Virus record (IMG/VR): IMGVR_UViG_3300029214_000148
Strand: one strand, 5' to 3'
Length of the DNA: 64,000 nt
Source of the DNA: a virus
The notes under the pieces are model-generated. The model saw nothing but the letters and a program-made list of their open reading frames with translations, ran no database searches and was not told where the DNA came from. The translations under genes and the position numbers were made by a program. Positions 39,423 to 48,393 of the stretch are shown here, piece after piece (positions within the stretch are counted from its first letter, which is position 1; every line of letters starts with the position of its first letter).

Positions 39423-39653
39423 ATAGTTCTAAAAATGGTTGGAAGACCTGTTTTTTGGTTACACCCATTGTCAGCTGTAAACCACAGTTAAGGCTTTCGG
39501 ATGCGGTTAAAGTTTAAAAAGGCAACACCGCCAGATGGCTGTTCCTTTCGCGCCCTGAGATCAAGAAATCATTATGGGGCGGGCACTTACCAAATGAACT
39601 TGAAAGAAAGATCTACGTGGAATCCATGATCCACAGGACAAAGGATAATCCCA

Positions 39654-40010
39654 TTGTCCTTTATGACTTTGATGACAGGTTTTACCAGTGCATGTACATG
39701 CTCCACTATGCGTGAAGATGGCACAGTCGCTGAAAGACGGTTCTTAAAACTCCCGGCAGAATACGACTCTCTGCAACATAAGATCGATCATATCAAACGT
39801 GCACGGCACCATGGTTCCAGACGTGTTTCAAACCTCTGGGCATATGCAGACGACGTCAATAAAGACATTGTTGTAAAAACAGCCCAGTTTGTTACGGATA
39901 CTGCCGTGCTGCATGTTAACAGCATGCAGTTGCGGTGTTATCACTGTGTCCTCAGTCAGCGAGTCCATACGGGAAAACAGGTATGGAAGCACGCGAATTT
40001 AGTCATGTGA
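39654..40010 (+). CDS. hypothetical ORF (weak)
   Basis: 118 aa; poor RBS. Confidence 0.2.
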   Translation: MSFMTLMTGFTSACTCSTMREDGTVAERRFLKLPAEYDSLQHKIDHIKRARHHGSRRVSNLWAYADDVNKDIVVKTAQFVTDTAVLHVNSMQLRCYHCVLSQRVHTGKQVWKHANLVM

Positions 40011-40120
40011 GACTTCACGGCCGGCCGCCGAAAGGACGTACACTACAAAAGCCTTTTGCACCTGACTTTTCTGTGGTATACTGAAAATATAAAAGATATT
40101 TCAAGGAGAAGGCAGAGAAA

Positions 40121-40993
40121 ATGAGAAAAAGTGTGAAAGATTTTGGAAATTTTGTAAGAAAAGACAATTACCCGGAGCTTCCAGAAGAATTGAAAGAATT
40201 TAACTATTTTTTGAGTGATGGCGAGACGGGACATGTGATCATGGCTGTGCCTGAGCACACTTTGAATAAAGCAGAAGAAAATGGGGATGAACTGGATGAT
40301 TACGAATGTCCAGTTCCAGTGGCATATGTTCTTAAGAATGGCTATCGGCTGTATAAGAACCATGTAATATGCCAGGTTCCGTACGATGAGAAACTGGGGA
40401 TGCGTATTCCGGAAGAATATTACGAACCGTCGATTATTTCTACAGATGCCGGGGAAGCAGAGAATCCGGTGTCCGGAGAGTTCCCTTATGAGAAAAGGAA
40501 ATGCTATCCAGAATTTGCAAACCATGCAGAAGCTGTAGTTGCGGATATCGTTAAGGATTACGTGCAGATCCGCGTATTTTTTAAAAATCCTACAGAAAAC
40601 GAGATTGCACAGTTTTCTCCGGATGCCAGACTGAAAATTCGTTTTACGGAGATGGATGGAACCTGTCTGTTTACCGTTAAAGCTGGTGATTTGTCATGGA
40701 TGGATGCACCATACCATGCAAAACTTGCAAAAGATTTGTCTGGATTCGACTTTACAGGTGAAAGTGAGATTCCGTTATATCTCCTCCTGATCGACTCATC
40801 GAATGGTGAGGTCAAAGCGGTTCGAAATGTCCAGTTGTCAGAAGAGTTTTCCAGCAAATTGAGAAATCTGGTGGATCGTCAGGTCAACTCTGATTTTGAT
40901 AAAAAGAAATATGCGGATATATTGTCCAACATTTATCTCCTTTTTTCATCGGATGAGCTGGCGGATGCCAGCACCATTAAGTGTCAGTGGTAG
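40121..40993 (+). CDS. hypothetical protein
   Basis: 290 aa; AAGGAGAAGG RBS; followed directly by a small array then a terminator. Confidence 0.5.
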   Translation: MRKSVKDFGNFVRKDNYPELPEELKEFNYFLSDGETGHVIMAVPEHTLNKAEENGDELDDYECPVPVAYVLKNGYRLYKNHVICQVPYDEKLGMRIPEEYYEPSIISTDAGEAENPVSGEFPYEKRKCYPEFANHAEAVVADIVKDYVQIRVFFKNPTENEIAQFSPDARLKIRFTEMDGTCLFTVKAGDLSWMDAPYHAKLAKDLSGFDFTGESEIPLYLLLIDSSNGEVKAVRNVQLSEEFSSKLRNLVDRQVNSDFDKKKYADILSNIYLLFSSDELADASTIKCQW

Positions 40994-41013
40994 GTAAGAA
41001 GATATACTTTACT

Positions 41014-41232
41014 GTTGCGCCCCATTGGGTGCATGGGTTGAAATCTTTATGACCTTCTGAAAAGTGAGGGCATCTTAGTTGCACCCCCGCAAGGGATGTA
41101 TGGGTTGAAATTCAATAGAAACAGATGCATTCGAAGGCGTTACAAGTTGCACCCCGCGAGGGGTGTATGGGTTGAAATTGCAGAAAGCTCAGGATTGGAA
41201 GGTTGCATCCTATGGGATGCATGGATTGAAAC
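41014..41232 (+). CRISPR. small array, 4 degenerate repeats + 3 spacers
   Basis: repeats at 41014, 41078, 41146, 41202; spacer 2 (TCAATAGAAACAGATGCATTCGAAGGCGTTACAA) matches spacer 2 at 24044 with 2 mismatches. Confidence 0.7.
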
Positions 41233-41271
41233 GAACATATTTGTTATTATTTATTATTGAGATCAGAAAGG

Positions 41272-41308
41272 TCTGCAGTCAGTTAATCTGGCTGCAGATT
41301 TTTTTTTG
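41272..41308 (+). terminator. rho-independent terminator after the array
   Basis: TCTGCAGTCAGTTAATCTGGCTGCAGA + T9. Confidence 0.65.
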
Positions 41309-41336
41309 CAATTTTTTAAAAATTTTCCAAAATCTT

Positions 41337-41363
41337 TTGACGATTTTTTAAAAGGCGCAATAT
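41337..41363 (+). promoter_or_regulatory. family-1 conserved promoter
   Basis: TTGACGATTTTTTAAAAGGCGCAATAT. Confidence 0.5.
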
Positions 41364-41598
41364 ACATATTGAAGGGATAAACAGGGGCTTACCGTTTGTT
41401 TCTTCAATAAGAGTTTTTCTCTTATATGCCTCCTTAAGTTTCCTGCGCTGCATTTACAGCATTTTGGCAGCGCAGGGGGAATCCACAGGACTGCATTTGA
41501 CGTTGTGTGGCGGCCTGCTCATCCGGTTCAACCCCGGAGGATTCCCATACCGCTTATTTTTGCGGAGACAAAAATTTTAAAAAATATTCAAAAATTCT

Positions 41599-41625
41599 TT
41601 GACGATTTTTTTAAAGGCGCAATAT
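41599..41625 (+). promoter_or_regulatory. family-1 conserved promoter upstream of the cas operon
   Basis: TTGACGATTTTTTTAAAGGCGCAATAT; leader shares GAAGGAATAAACAGGGGCTTGCCG with the 41337 copy. Confidence 0.55.
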
Positions 41626-41678
41626 GTGTATTGAAGGAATAAACAGGGGCTTGCCGCTGTTGATTACCAGAGTTAAAA

Positions 41679-41707
41679 GTTGTGCCCCTATGGGGTGCAT
41701 GGGTAAT
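41679..41707 (+). repeat. solo degenerate CRISPR repeat in the cas5 5-prime UTR
   Basis: GTTGTGCCCCTATGGGGTGCATGGGTAAT; hairpin retained, 3-prime handle degenerate. Confidence 0.5.
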
Positions 41708-41718
41708 AAGAGAAAGGA

Positions 41719-42393
41719 ATGGAAAAAGAAAAAATGGGAGTGAAACTAAAAGTCTGGGGAGATTACGCATTGTTCACCAGACCAGAACTGAAAACTGAAC
41801 GGTATACATACGATGTGATGACACCGTCGGCGGCTAGAGGAATTCTGGAATCTATCTACTGGCATCCGGGACTTCGGTGGTATGTAGACAAGATTCATGT
41901 ATTAAATCCGATTGCCACTACGAGCGTGAGAAGAAATGAACTTCTCAGTAAGATACCAAAGTCAAATATGCTGCAGGCATACAACGGCGGGGATGTGAAA
42001 CTGTATAACTCGTCAAGAGACGATATTATCCAGAGGGCATCTGTTATTCTCCGGGATGTCTGCTATGTGATTGAGGCGCATTTTGAAATGACAGGGAAAG
42101 CGAGCCCAACAGACAGCCCGGCAAAGTTTATAAGTATCTTTAACAACAGGGCAAGAAAAGGGGCATGTTATTCGATGCCGTATTTTGGTGTAAGGGAATT
42201 CCCGGCACACTTTGAACTCTGCGAAGGAGATGAAAAGATCCCATCCTACTATGAAGGACTTTCGGATAAGGATCTCGGGCTGATGCTTTATGATCTGGAT
42301 TACTCCTGCGGTAGAGATATCCAGCCAATGTATTATCATGCGATTATGAAAAACGGCGTTATTGACGTTGGGAACAGTGAGGTGCTTCGATGA
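41719..42393 (+). CDS. cas5: Cas5c (Cas5d), type I-C
   Basis: KLKVWGDYALFTRPELKTERYTYDVMTPSAARGILESIYWHP matches the Cas5d N-terminal signature. Confidence 0.85.
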   Translation: MEKEKMGVKLKVWGDYALFTRPELKTERYTYDVMTPSAARGILESIYWHPGLRWYVDKIHVLNPIATTSVRRNELLSKIPKSNMLQAYNGGDVKLYNSSRDDIIQRASVILRDVCYVIEAHFEMTGKASPTDSPAKFISIFNNRARKGACYSMPYFGVREFPAHFELCEGDEKIPSYYEGLSDKDLGLMLYDLDYSCGRDIQPMYYHAIMKNGVIDVGNSEVLR

Positions 42394-44129
42394 TCTTTCA
42401 GTCACTTGTGAAATTATATGAAACACTTGCGGATCAGGGAAAAGTGTCCCGTCCTGGCTGGTGTAATGCAAAGGTATCCTATGCGGTGGTTTTAAACCAT
42501 GATGGGACGATTAAAGATATTGTTTCCGTGAAACAGAAAGTGAAGAGAGGAAAGAAGACTGTTGAAATTCCAATAATTATGCAGGTTCCAGAGATGGTCA
42601 CCCGCGCTAACAACATTGCCTCCAGCTTTCTCTGCGAAAATGCAAAGTATCTCTTTGGAATTGACGAAAAGATGAGTTTGCGTACACTGGAATGTTTTAA
42701 GGCGGCAAAGAAAAAACATCTTGATATTCTTGATGTTGTGGATTCACCTGTAGCACAGACGGTATGTAACTTTTTCCGTTCATGGGATCCGGAACAGGCG
42801 TTGGATCAACCGGCTGTTGCAAAACTTGCAGAAGAGTTTTATAAAGGCGGAAACCTCGTTTTTGAAGTAGATGGGGAATATGTGCATGATGATGAAGAAG
42901 TCCGCAGGGCATGGATGGATTACAGCAGTGTACCATATGAAATGGTAACTGGAAGATGCCTTATTACTGGAGAGGAAGCGGAGATTGCCCGCACGCACGG
43001 GAAAATCAAAGGAGTTCCGGGAGCACAGTCATCTGGCGCGTCGCTTGTATCATTTAACGGAGCATCCCTTGAGTCTTATGAAAAAACACAGAGCTACAAC
43101 GCGCCGATTAGCACCTATGCGGCGTATGCATATGTGACCGCGCTGAATTACTTGCTTTCTACGGACGGGTATCACAGCAAGGTAGGAGATTCCATGGTGG
43201 TTTTCTGGACAGATTCCGGGGATGTGGATGATGTGAGCAGACTGCGGAAGATGATGGGAAATATCAATGAAAAGGATCACACCCTTACAGATACGGATGA
43301 AAAACTGTACGTCCTCTGCCTTGCACCAAATGCCGGGCGAATTGCAGTCCGGTTCTTCTATGAGGATGCGATCGGGGCAATCTGGGAAAACCTGTCCGAA
43401 CATGCCAGCCGGATGAAGATTGTAAAACCAGTATTTGAGGATCAAGAATTTATCAATATCTGGCAGATGCTCATGGAGACAGTCAACCAGAATCTTACAG
43501 ATAAAACACCTGTCCCGCATATGTCAGCAATGACGTTACAGTCAGTCATTTCGGATACACCGTATCCGCAGAGTCTGTATGCAGGTGTGTTATCTCGTAT
43601 CCGCGCGGAGCACAAAGGTGTTACTTACAGAAAAGCATCGATTATTAAAGCTTTTTTAATAAAGAACTACAAATGGGAGGAAGGAAAAAATATGGAAGCA
43701 TTAAATGAAGGCTGTAAGGATCGGGCATATATCCTTGGAAGACTGTTTGCGGTTATGGAAAAGGCACAGAAAGAAGCAGTTGGCAATATCAACCAGACAA
43801 TTTGTGATAAGTTTTACAATTCCGCGTGCACAACACCAAGATCGATCTTTCCAGTACTGATCAGGCTATCTAACAGTCATTTAAGTAAGTTGAAACGGAC
43901 AAAACCGGGGAGAGGATATTATTTTACAGCTAAAATGCAGGATTTAATGGATAAAATTCCGGTAACAGATGATGATCCGGGATTTCCGCGGCGTTTCTCA
44001 TATGAGGATCAGGGTAAGTTTGCACTTGGTTATTATCATCAGATGCGGGCGGAATATACAAGCAGTAAGTTAAAAGATAATGATTCAGAAGGTGATCAGA
44101 CAAATGCAGAGAATATGGAGGAAAACTAA
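42390..44129 (+). CDS. cas8c: Cas8c (Csd1), type I-C large subunit
   Basis: 579 aa between cas5c and cas7c; N-terminus MIFQSLVKLYETL typical of Csd1. Confidence 0.7.
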   Translation: MIFQSLVKLYETLADQGKVSRPGWCNAKVSYAVVLNHDGTIKDIVSVKQKVKRGKKTVEIPIIMQVPEMVTRANNIASSFLCENAKYLFGIDEKMSLRTLECFKAAKKKHLDILDVVDSPVAQTVCNFFRSWDPEQALDQPAVAKLAEEFYKGGNLVFEVDGEYVHDDEEVRRAWMDYSSVPYEMVTGRCLITGEEAEIARTHGKIKGVPGAQSSGASLVSFNGASLESYEKTQSYNAPISTYAAYAYVTALNYLLSTDGYHSKVGDSMVVFWTDSGDVDDVSRLRKMMGNINEKDHTLTDTDEKLYVLCLAPNAGRIAVRFFYEDAIGAIWENLSEHASRMKIVKPVFEDQEFINIWQMLMETVNQNLTDKTPVPHMSAMTLQSVISDTPYPQSLYAGVLSRIRAEHKGVTYRKASIIKAFLIKNYKWEEGKNMEALNEGCKDRAYILGRLFAVMEKAQKEAVGNINQTICDKFYNSACTTPRSIFPVLIRLSNSHLSKLKRTKPGRGYYFTAKMQDLMDKIPVTDDDPGFPRRFSYEDQGKFALGYYHQMRAEYTSSKLKDNDSEGDQTNAENMEEN

Positions 44130-44130
44130 G

Positions 44131-45042
44131 ATGAGCACACCAATTAAGAACAGATATGATTTCGTAGTATTATTCGACGTAGAGAATGGAAATCCGAACG
44201 GTGATCCGGATGCCGGAAATATGCCGAGAGTTGATCCAGAGACTGGCATCGGGCTTGTGACAGATGCCTGCATAAAGCGCAAGATCCGTAACTATGTGGA
44301 AACTGTAAAAGAAGATGCAGCCGGGTTCAAGATCTATATTAAAGAGGGGGTCCCGCTGAACCGGAGTGACCTTAAGGCAGTCGAAAGTCTTGGTATTGAC
44401 GTCGGTGACGACAAAAATGCACTTGAAGATGTAAAGAAGCTGAAAAAGACAGATGAAGATGTGGATCTTAAGCTCCGTGACTATATGTGTAGTAATTTCT
44501 ATGATATCCGTACATTTGGTGCTGTCTTGACTACCTTTACAAAGGCGGCATTAAACTGTGGGCAGGTACGTGGCCCGGTACAGATTGGTTTTGCAAAAAG
44601 TATTGATCCTGTTTTCAGCCAGGATATTACTGTAACCAGAGTTGCAATCACAACGGAAAAGGATGCGGAAAAGAAAAATACAGAAATGGGAAGAAAGAGT
44701 ATTATTCCTTATGGACTTTACCGTGTGGAGGGATATATTTCTGCTAATCTTGCCCGTAAGACCACCGGCTTTTCTGAAGACGATCTGGAACTGCTTTGGG
44801 AAGCAATCATTAACATGTTTGAGAATGACCATTCCGCAGCACGCGGGAAGATGGCAGTGCGTGAGCTCATCGTATTCAAGCATAACAGCGAGCTTGGCAA
44901 TTGTCCATCGTACAAACTGTTTGAAACTGTTGATGTTAAGAAGAATGATGGTGTTGAGTTTCCTCGTAAATATTCCGATTATGCAGTGACTATTCATGAG
45001 GATGCGATTCCGGATGGCGTGACAATGACTCGCAAAATCTAA
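44131..45042 (+). CDS. cas7: Cas7c (Csd2), type I-C
   Basis: VLFDVENGNPNGDPDAGNMPRVDPETGIGLVTDACIKRKIRNY is the Csd2 signature; start ATG after TGGAGGAAAACTAAG. Confidence 0.85.
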   Translation: MSTPIKNRYDFVVLFDVENGNPNGDPDAGNMPRVDPETGIGLVTDACIKRKIRNYVETVKEDAAGFKIYIKEGVPLNRSDLKAVESLGIDVGDDKNALEDVKKLKKTDEDVDLKLRDYMCSNFYDIRTFGAVLTTFTKAALNCGQVRGPVQIGFAKSIDPVFSQDITVTRVAITTEKDAEKKNTEMGRKSIIPYGLYRVEGYISANLARKTTGFSEDDLELLWEAIINMFENDHSAARGKMAVRELIVFKHNSELGNCPSYKLFETVDVKKNDGVEFPRKYSDYAVTIHEDAIPDGVTMTRKI

Positions 45043-45292
45043 AAAGATTTCCAGAGATTACAAGGCAACCCGCGTTTTGCGGGCTGCATCTGCTTGGGTT
45101 ATGCCGAAATGTAGAATTCCGGTGCGAACTGAAAGCTTACATAGCTTCTCTAGGAGACTCGCACCGGAAATGGAGGTATTAGTGTACAAATAGAACACAA
45201 AACCCAACTGTATAAGGCCGTTTGAGAACAATTAATTAGAGGAATTGTTTATATTTTGGCGATCGGGAGAGTTGTTTCTGTTCACTTTTACA

Positions 45293-46069
45293 GCTACGCC
45301 CCATGGAGGGCGTATGGATTGAAAATTGTATAGCCATCCCTGACAGCTTCCTCATTAGACGCTACGCCCCATGGAGGGCGTATGGATTGAAAATCTATAC
45401 TCTATTATGTGATGTACTAATGTCGCTGCTACGCCCCATGGAGGGCGTATGGATTGAAAATGATTGTTATTGGTTTTTATTCATGGAGAGGAAAGCTACG
45501 CCCCATGGAGGGGCGTATGGATTGAAAAGTAAGGTTTCGTCTCGAAGCCTTTATTCTGTTTTGCTGCGCCCCATGGAGGGGCGTATGGATTGAAATACCA
45601 AAATCTTTTGACATTCTTATAAATGGTAACAGCTACGTCTTATGGGGTACGTATGGATTGAAATCATAATAATTGTAGAGATCTCAATACAAAATAAAGC
45701 TGCGTCTCATGGAATACGTATGGATTGAAATGAAAAGGCGAGTTTGCGAAAGCAGATATTGGAATGTTGCGTCTCGTGGAGTACGTATGGATTGAAATTC
45801 CAACTTTAACTACATAACTATCCTGATAAACTTGCTGCACCCCATGGATAGTGTATGGATTGAAATTTAAAAAATCATGGATAACATCTGCGATAAGACG
45901 TTGCACCTCGCTAGGGGTGTATGGGTTGAAATTTCCATAATCGGTAGCCAATTATTATCATTAGGTGTTGCACCCCATAGAGGGTGTATGGATTGAAATT
46001 ATATAAAAATGATGAATATGTAAAAAAAATAAAAGAGTTACGCTCCATGGAGTGCGTATGGCTTGAAAC
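45293..46069 (+). CRISPR. type I-C-like array, 12 repeats in three repeat subfamilies, 11 spacers
   Basis: Repeats every 66-70 nt. Subfamily 1: GCTACGCCCCATGGAGGGCGTATGGATTGAAAAT (R1-R5). Subfamily 2: GCTGCGTCTCATGGAATACGTATGGATTGAAAT (R6-R8). Subfamily 3: GTTGCACCCCATAGAGGGTGTATGGATTGAAAT (R9-R11). R12 is degenerate. 3-prime handle GTATGGATTGAAAT conserved throughout. Confidence 0.8.
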
Positions 46070-46139
46070 CTCTTATTTTTTAAAAGATATCACGATTACA
46101 CCCAAAGTGGGCTTACGTAAATTTAAAGGAGAAAAGTAC

Positions 46140-46787
46140 ATGTCAAAAACAAAAGGAATATCAAAAAAGAAAGATGTATTAAAGGTATTTTGGAATGAGT
46201 GTGCAGTATTTAAGGTAGTTGTTTGTATTCTTGCGTATGTGATACTCGGCTTTATCAATATACCAATTAACAGGTGGCTTACATTTCATGTACCTAAATG
46301 GTCAGATGGGAAACTACATGATATAACAGGATCATTTTTTGTTCTTCCCATCCTTGAAGTATTAGCGGTCACTTTAATTTATCTTATCGCTAATGGATGC
46401 TTTTATTTCATCAGCAAGATGATCGCGTACAGGAATTACTGTTACATTCCGCTTACGGAAGATGAAATTAAAGGAAAGAAATTTAAGAATGCAAATGAGT
46501 ATTTTTCCTATGTCCTCAATGTCCTTTCCTATGGTTTTAAGAATGAAAAAGAAAATCTCCAGGTTAGTGATGATGATCTTCGAGAAATGCTTATAACTTG
46601 TCTGATTGTATTCCCTGATAATGGGACAATATTTCAGATAAAACCAGAAACTGCGTGGAATGTTTCAGACGACATCCTTTTCTCCGAAGCCGTTGAATTG
46701 AATTGCGGAAAAGCAGAAATAATTGATAAGCATGTTGTATTGTCTGGTGATAATAGAAACGGCAAAAGAGAAGAATATACAGTGTGA
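46140..46787 (+). CDS. two-helix membrane protein, paralog family A
   Basis: 215 aa; MSKTKGISKKKDVLKVFWNECAVFKV..FINIPINRWLTF; paralog of 24344; immediately downstream of the large array. Confidence 0.55.
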   Translation: MSKTKGISKKKDVLKVFWNECAVFKVVVCILAYVILGFINIPINRWLTFHVPKWSDGKLHDITGSFFVLPILEVLAVTLIYLIANGCFYFISKMIAYRNYCYIPLTEDEIKGKKFKNANEYFSYVLNVLSYGFKNEKENLQVSDDDLREMLITCLIVFPDNGTIFQIKPETAWNVSDDILFSEAVELNCGKAEIIDKHVVLSGDNRNGKREEYTV

Positions 46788-46838
46788 AAGTTGATAGGTC
46801 CTCATTCGAATTTTTTATCAAATTATGGAGGAATGGCA

Positions 46839-47363
46839 ATGGAAACAATAAGAGATTACGAAGCAATGGTATACGTACTTGAACATAACCGGAAAAGTGC
46901 CGGAACAGGTGAAAATATCAGTTGGAAGAAAATATCATATGAAAAGTTAAGTAAAGAGATGAAAAGCTATACCGGACGGATTAAGCGTATGCTTGGAGAA
47001 CTTATATTAAACGGACGGATAGAGATTAAAACAGAACGTCCTTTTGTTTACCGTGTTCTTATTAAATCCGTGTTTACAGAAGAAGAATTTAAGGAATACC
47101 AGGATACCCGTCTTCTTGGAAAATTCCATGACTCATTATCAAAATTAACTGATACTGTGGAAACTGCTTCCGAAACAGTACAAGCTGTTTGGCGTCCAAG
47201 TGAAGCTATGCAGAAACGCCAGACGGGTGCGGGGAATACGTTTGTGTATAGCAAAGGGAATTCTTTAAGCGTGCATGAGAGTTTTGAACGGTCAAAACAG
47301 AACCGGGAATACCGGCCGGCAGGAGAAAAGGCAGGAAAGAGAAAAGCTGTAACGATATGGTAA
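46839..47363 (+). CDS. hypothetical protein with basic C-terminus
   Basis: second ATG 8 nt after GGAGG. Confidence 0.45.
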   Translation: METIRDYEAMVYVLEHNRKSAGTGENISWKKISYEKLSKEMKSYTGRIKRMLGELILNGRIEIKTERPFVYRVLIKSVFTEEEFKEYQDTRLLGKFHDSLSKLTDTVETASETVQAVWRPSEAMQKRQTGAGNTFVYSKGNSLSVHESFERSKQNREYRPAGEKAGKRKAVTIW

Positions 47364-47391
47364 TTAAAAAGTAGGAAGGAAGTGAAGCGGA

Positions 47392-47856
47392 ATGTATGGT
47401 CTTATTATTAAGAAAAAATGGTTGGATTTAATCATGAGCGGGCAGAAGACTCTGGAGATCCGCGGAAGCAGGACTTCCCATGCAGGAGAAGAGATTGCGC
47501 TTCTCGAAAGCGGATCACAGAAGATCCGTGGTTTTTGTACGATTAAAGAAGTAACGGCCTTGGATAAAGGAAAATGGGAAGCACACAGGGATCGCCATTG
47601 CGTGGATGTGCCGTGGGAAAATCTTATTAAACGATATAAGACGCCATATGCGTGGCACTTATCTTCAATCACACCAACGGAGGAACTTACATATGAGCAT
47701 CCAAAGGGTGCCGTGATCTGGGTTAACCTGGATCATGTTCCTGTATTTAAAAAAATGAACAATAAAGGAAGAAATTGTCATGAACAAATCAAGGGAACCA
47801 GCTTGCACAAATATTTCATCTCGGGAGGGTTCTATGGAAAATATCATAACTTATAA
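47392..47856 (+). CDS. ASCH domain protein
   Basis: IKKKWLDLIMSGQKTLEIRGS is a typical ASCH N-terminal beta-barrel signature. Confidence 0.55.
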   Translation: MYGLIIKKKWLDLIMSGQKTLEIRGSRTSHAGEEIALLESGSQKIRGFCTIKEVTALDKGKWEAHRDRHCVDVPWENLIKRYKTPYAWHLSSITPTEELTYEHPKGAVIWVNLDHVPVFKKMNNKGRNCHEQIKGTSLHKYFISGGFYGKYHNL

Positions 47857-48238
47857 AACGACAAACTTATTTTCAACACCAGATCTGGTTTCTCTTTTCA
47901 CATCTGTTGGATGGGTTAATGAAAGTGCAGAATATCCTAATCGATTGGAAAATGCAATGTATCATTCAGATATTGTTTTTAGCGCATGGGACGGAGATAA
48001 GCTTGTTGGTTTATTAAGTACCATAAGTGATACAATGCATGTTTATATAACATATCTTCTAGTCGATCCATCTTATCAAAATAGAAAGATAGGTACTAAA
48101 TTGTTAAATATGTTTGAAAAACATTATGTTAATTACAAAAAAGAACTTAAAACGGAGAAAGCATCAGATTATTATAAACGCTTTGGGTGGCATTCGGATT
48201 CTGTGGGGATGGTTAAGAATGATCTTCCCCCTTTATGA
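47834..48238 (+). CDS. GNAT family N-acetyltransferase
   Basis: ATG after GGGAGGG; motif A-like LLVDPSYQNRKIGTKLL. Confidence 0.6.
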   Translation: MENIITYKTTNLFSTPDLVSLFTSVGWVNESAEYPNRLENAMYHSDIVFSAWDGDKLVGLLSTISDTMHVYITYLLVDPSYQNRKIGTKLLNMFEKHYVNYKKELKTEKASDYYKRFGWHSDSVGMVKNDLPPL

Positions 48239-48393
48239 TTATTGATTCTTAACAAATGCACCAATTGCGAAGTAGAAGGAGACGCAAATGTCATATATGA
48301 GTGAGTGGATTTATTCCGAAGAAGATGCATATTTTATTATTTTAGCAGTTGCTGATATTGTAACAGGGATTTCAACACTTGGAGGTTTTAACC

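Noticed and set aside
38680-39468. 262-aa minus-strand ORF antisense to 38590..39315
   Set aside because: The plus-strand gene has a strong RBS and a conserved promoter and leader. The minus ORF runs through the CRISPR repeats at 39318..39422 and has no RBS.
41163-41351. Small ORFs inside CRISPR arrays (41163..41351, 45303..45593, 45664..45951, 37600..37782)
   Set aside because: Their reading frames are created by repeat periodicity. The translations are low complexity and repeat with the array period.
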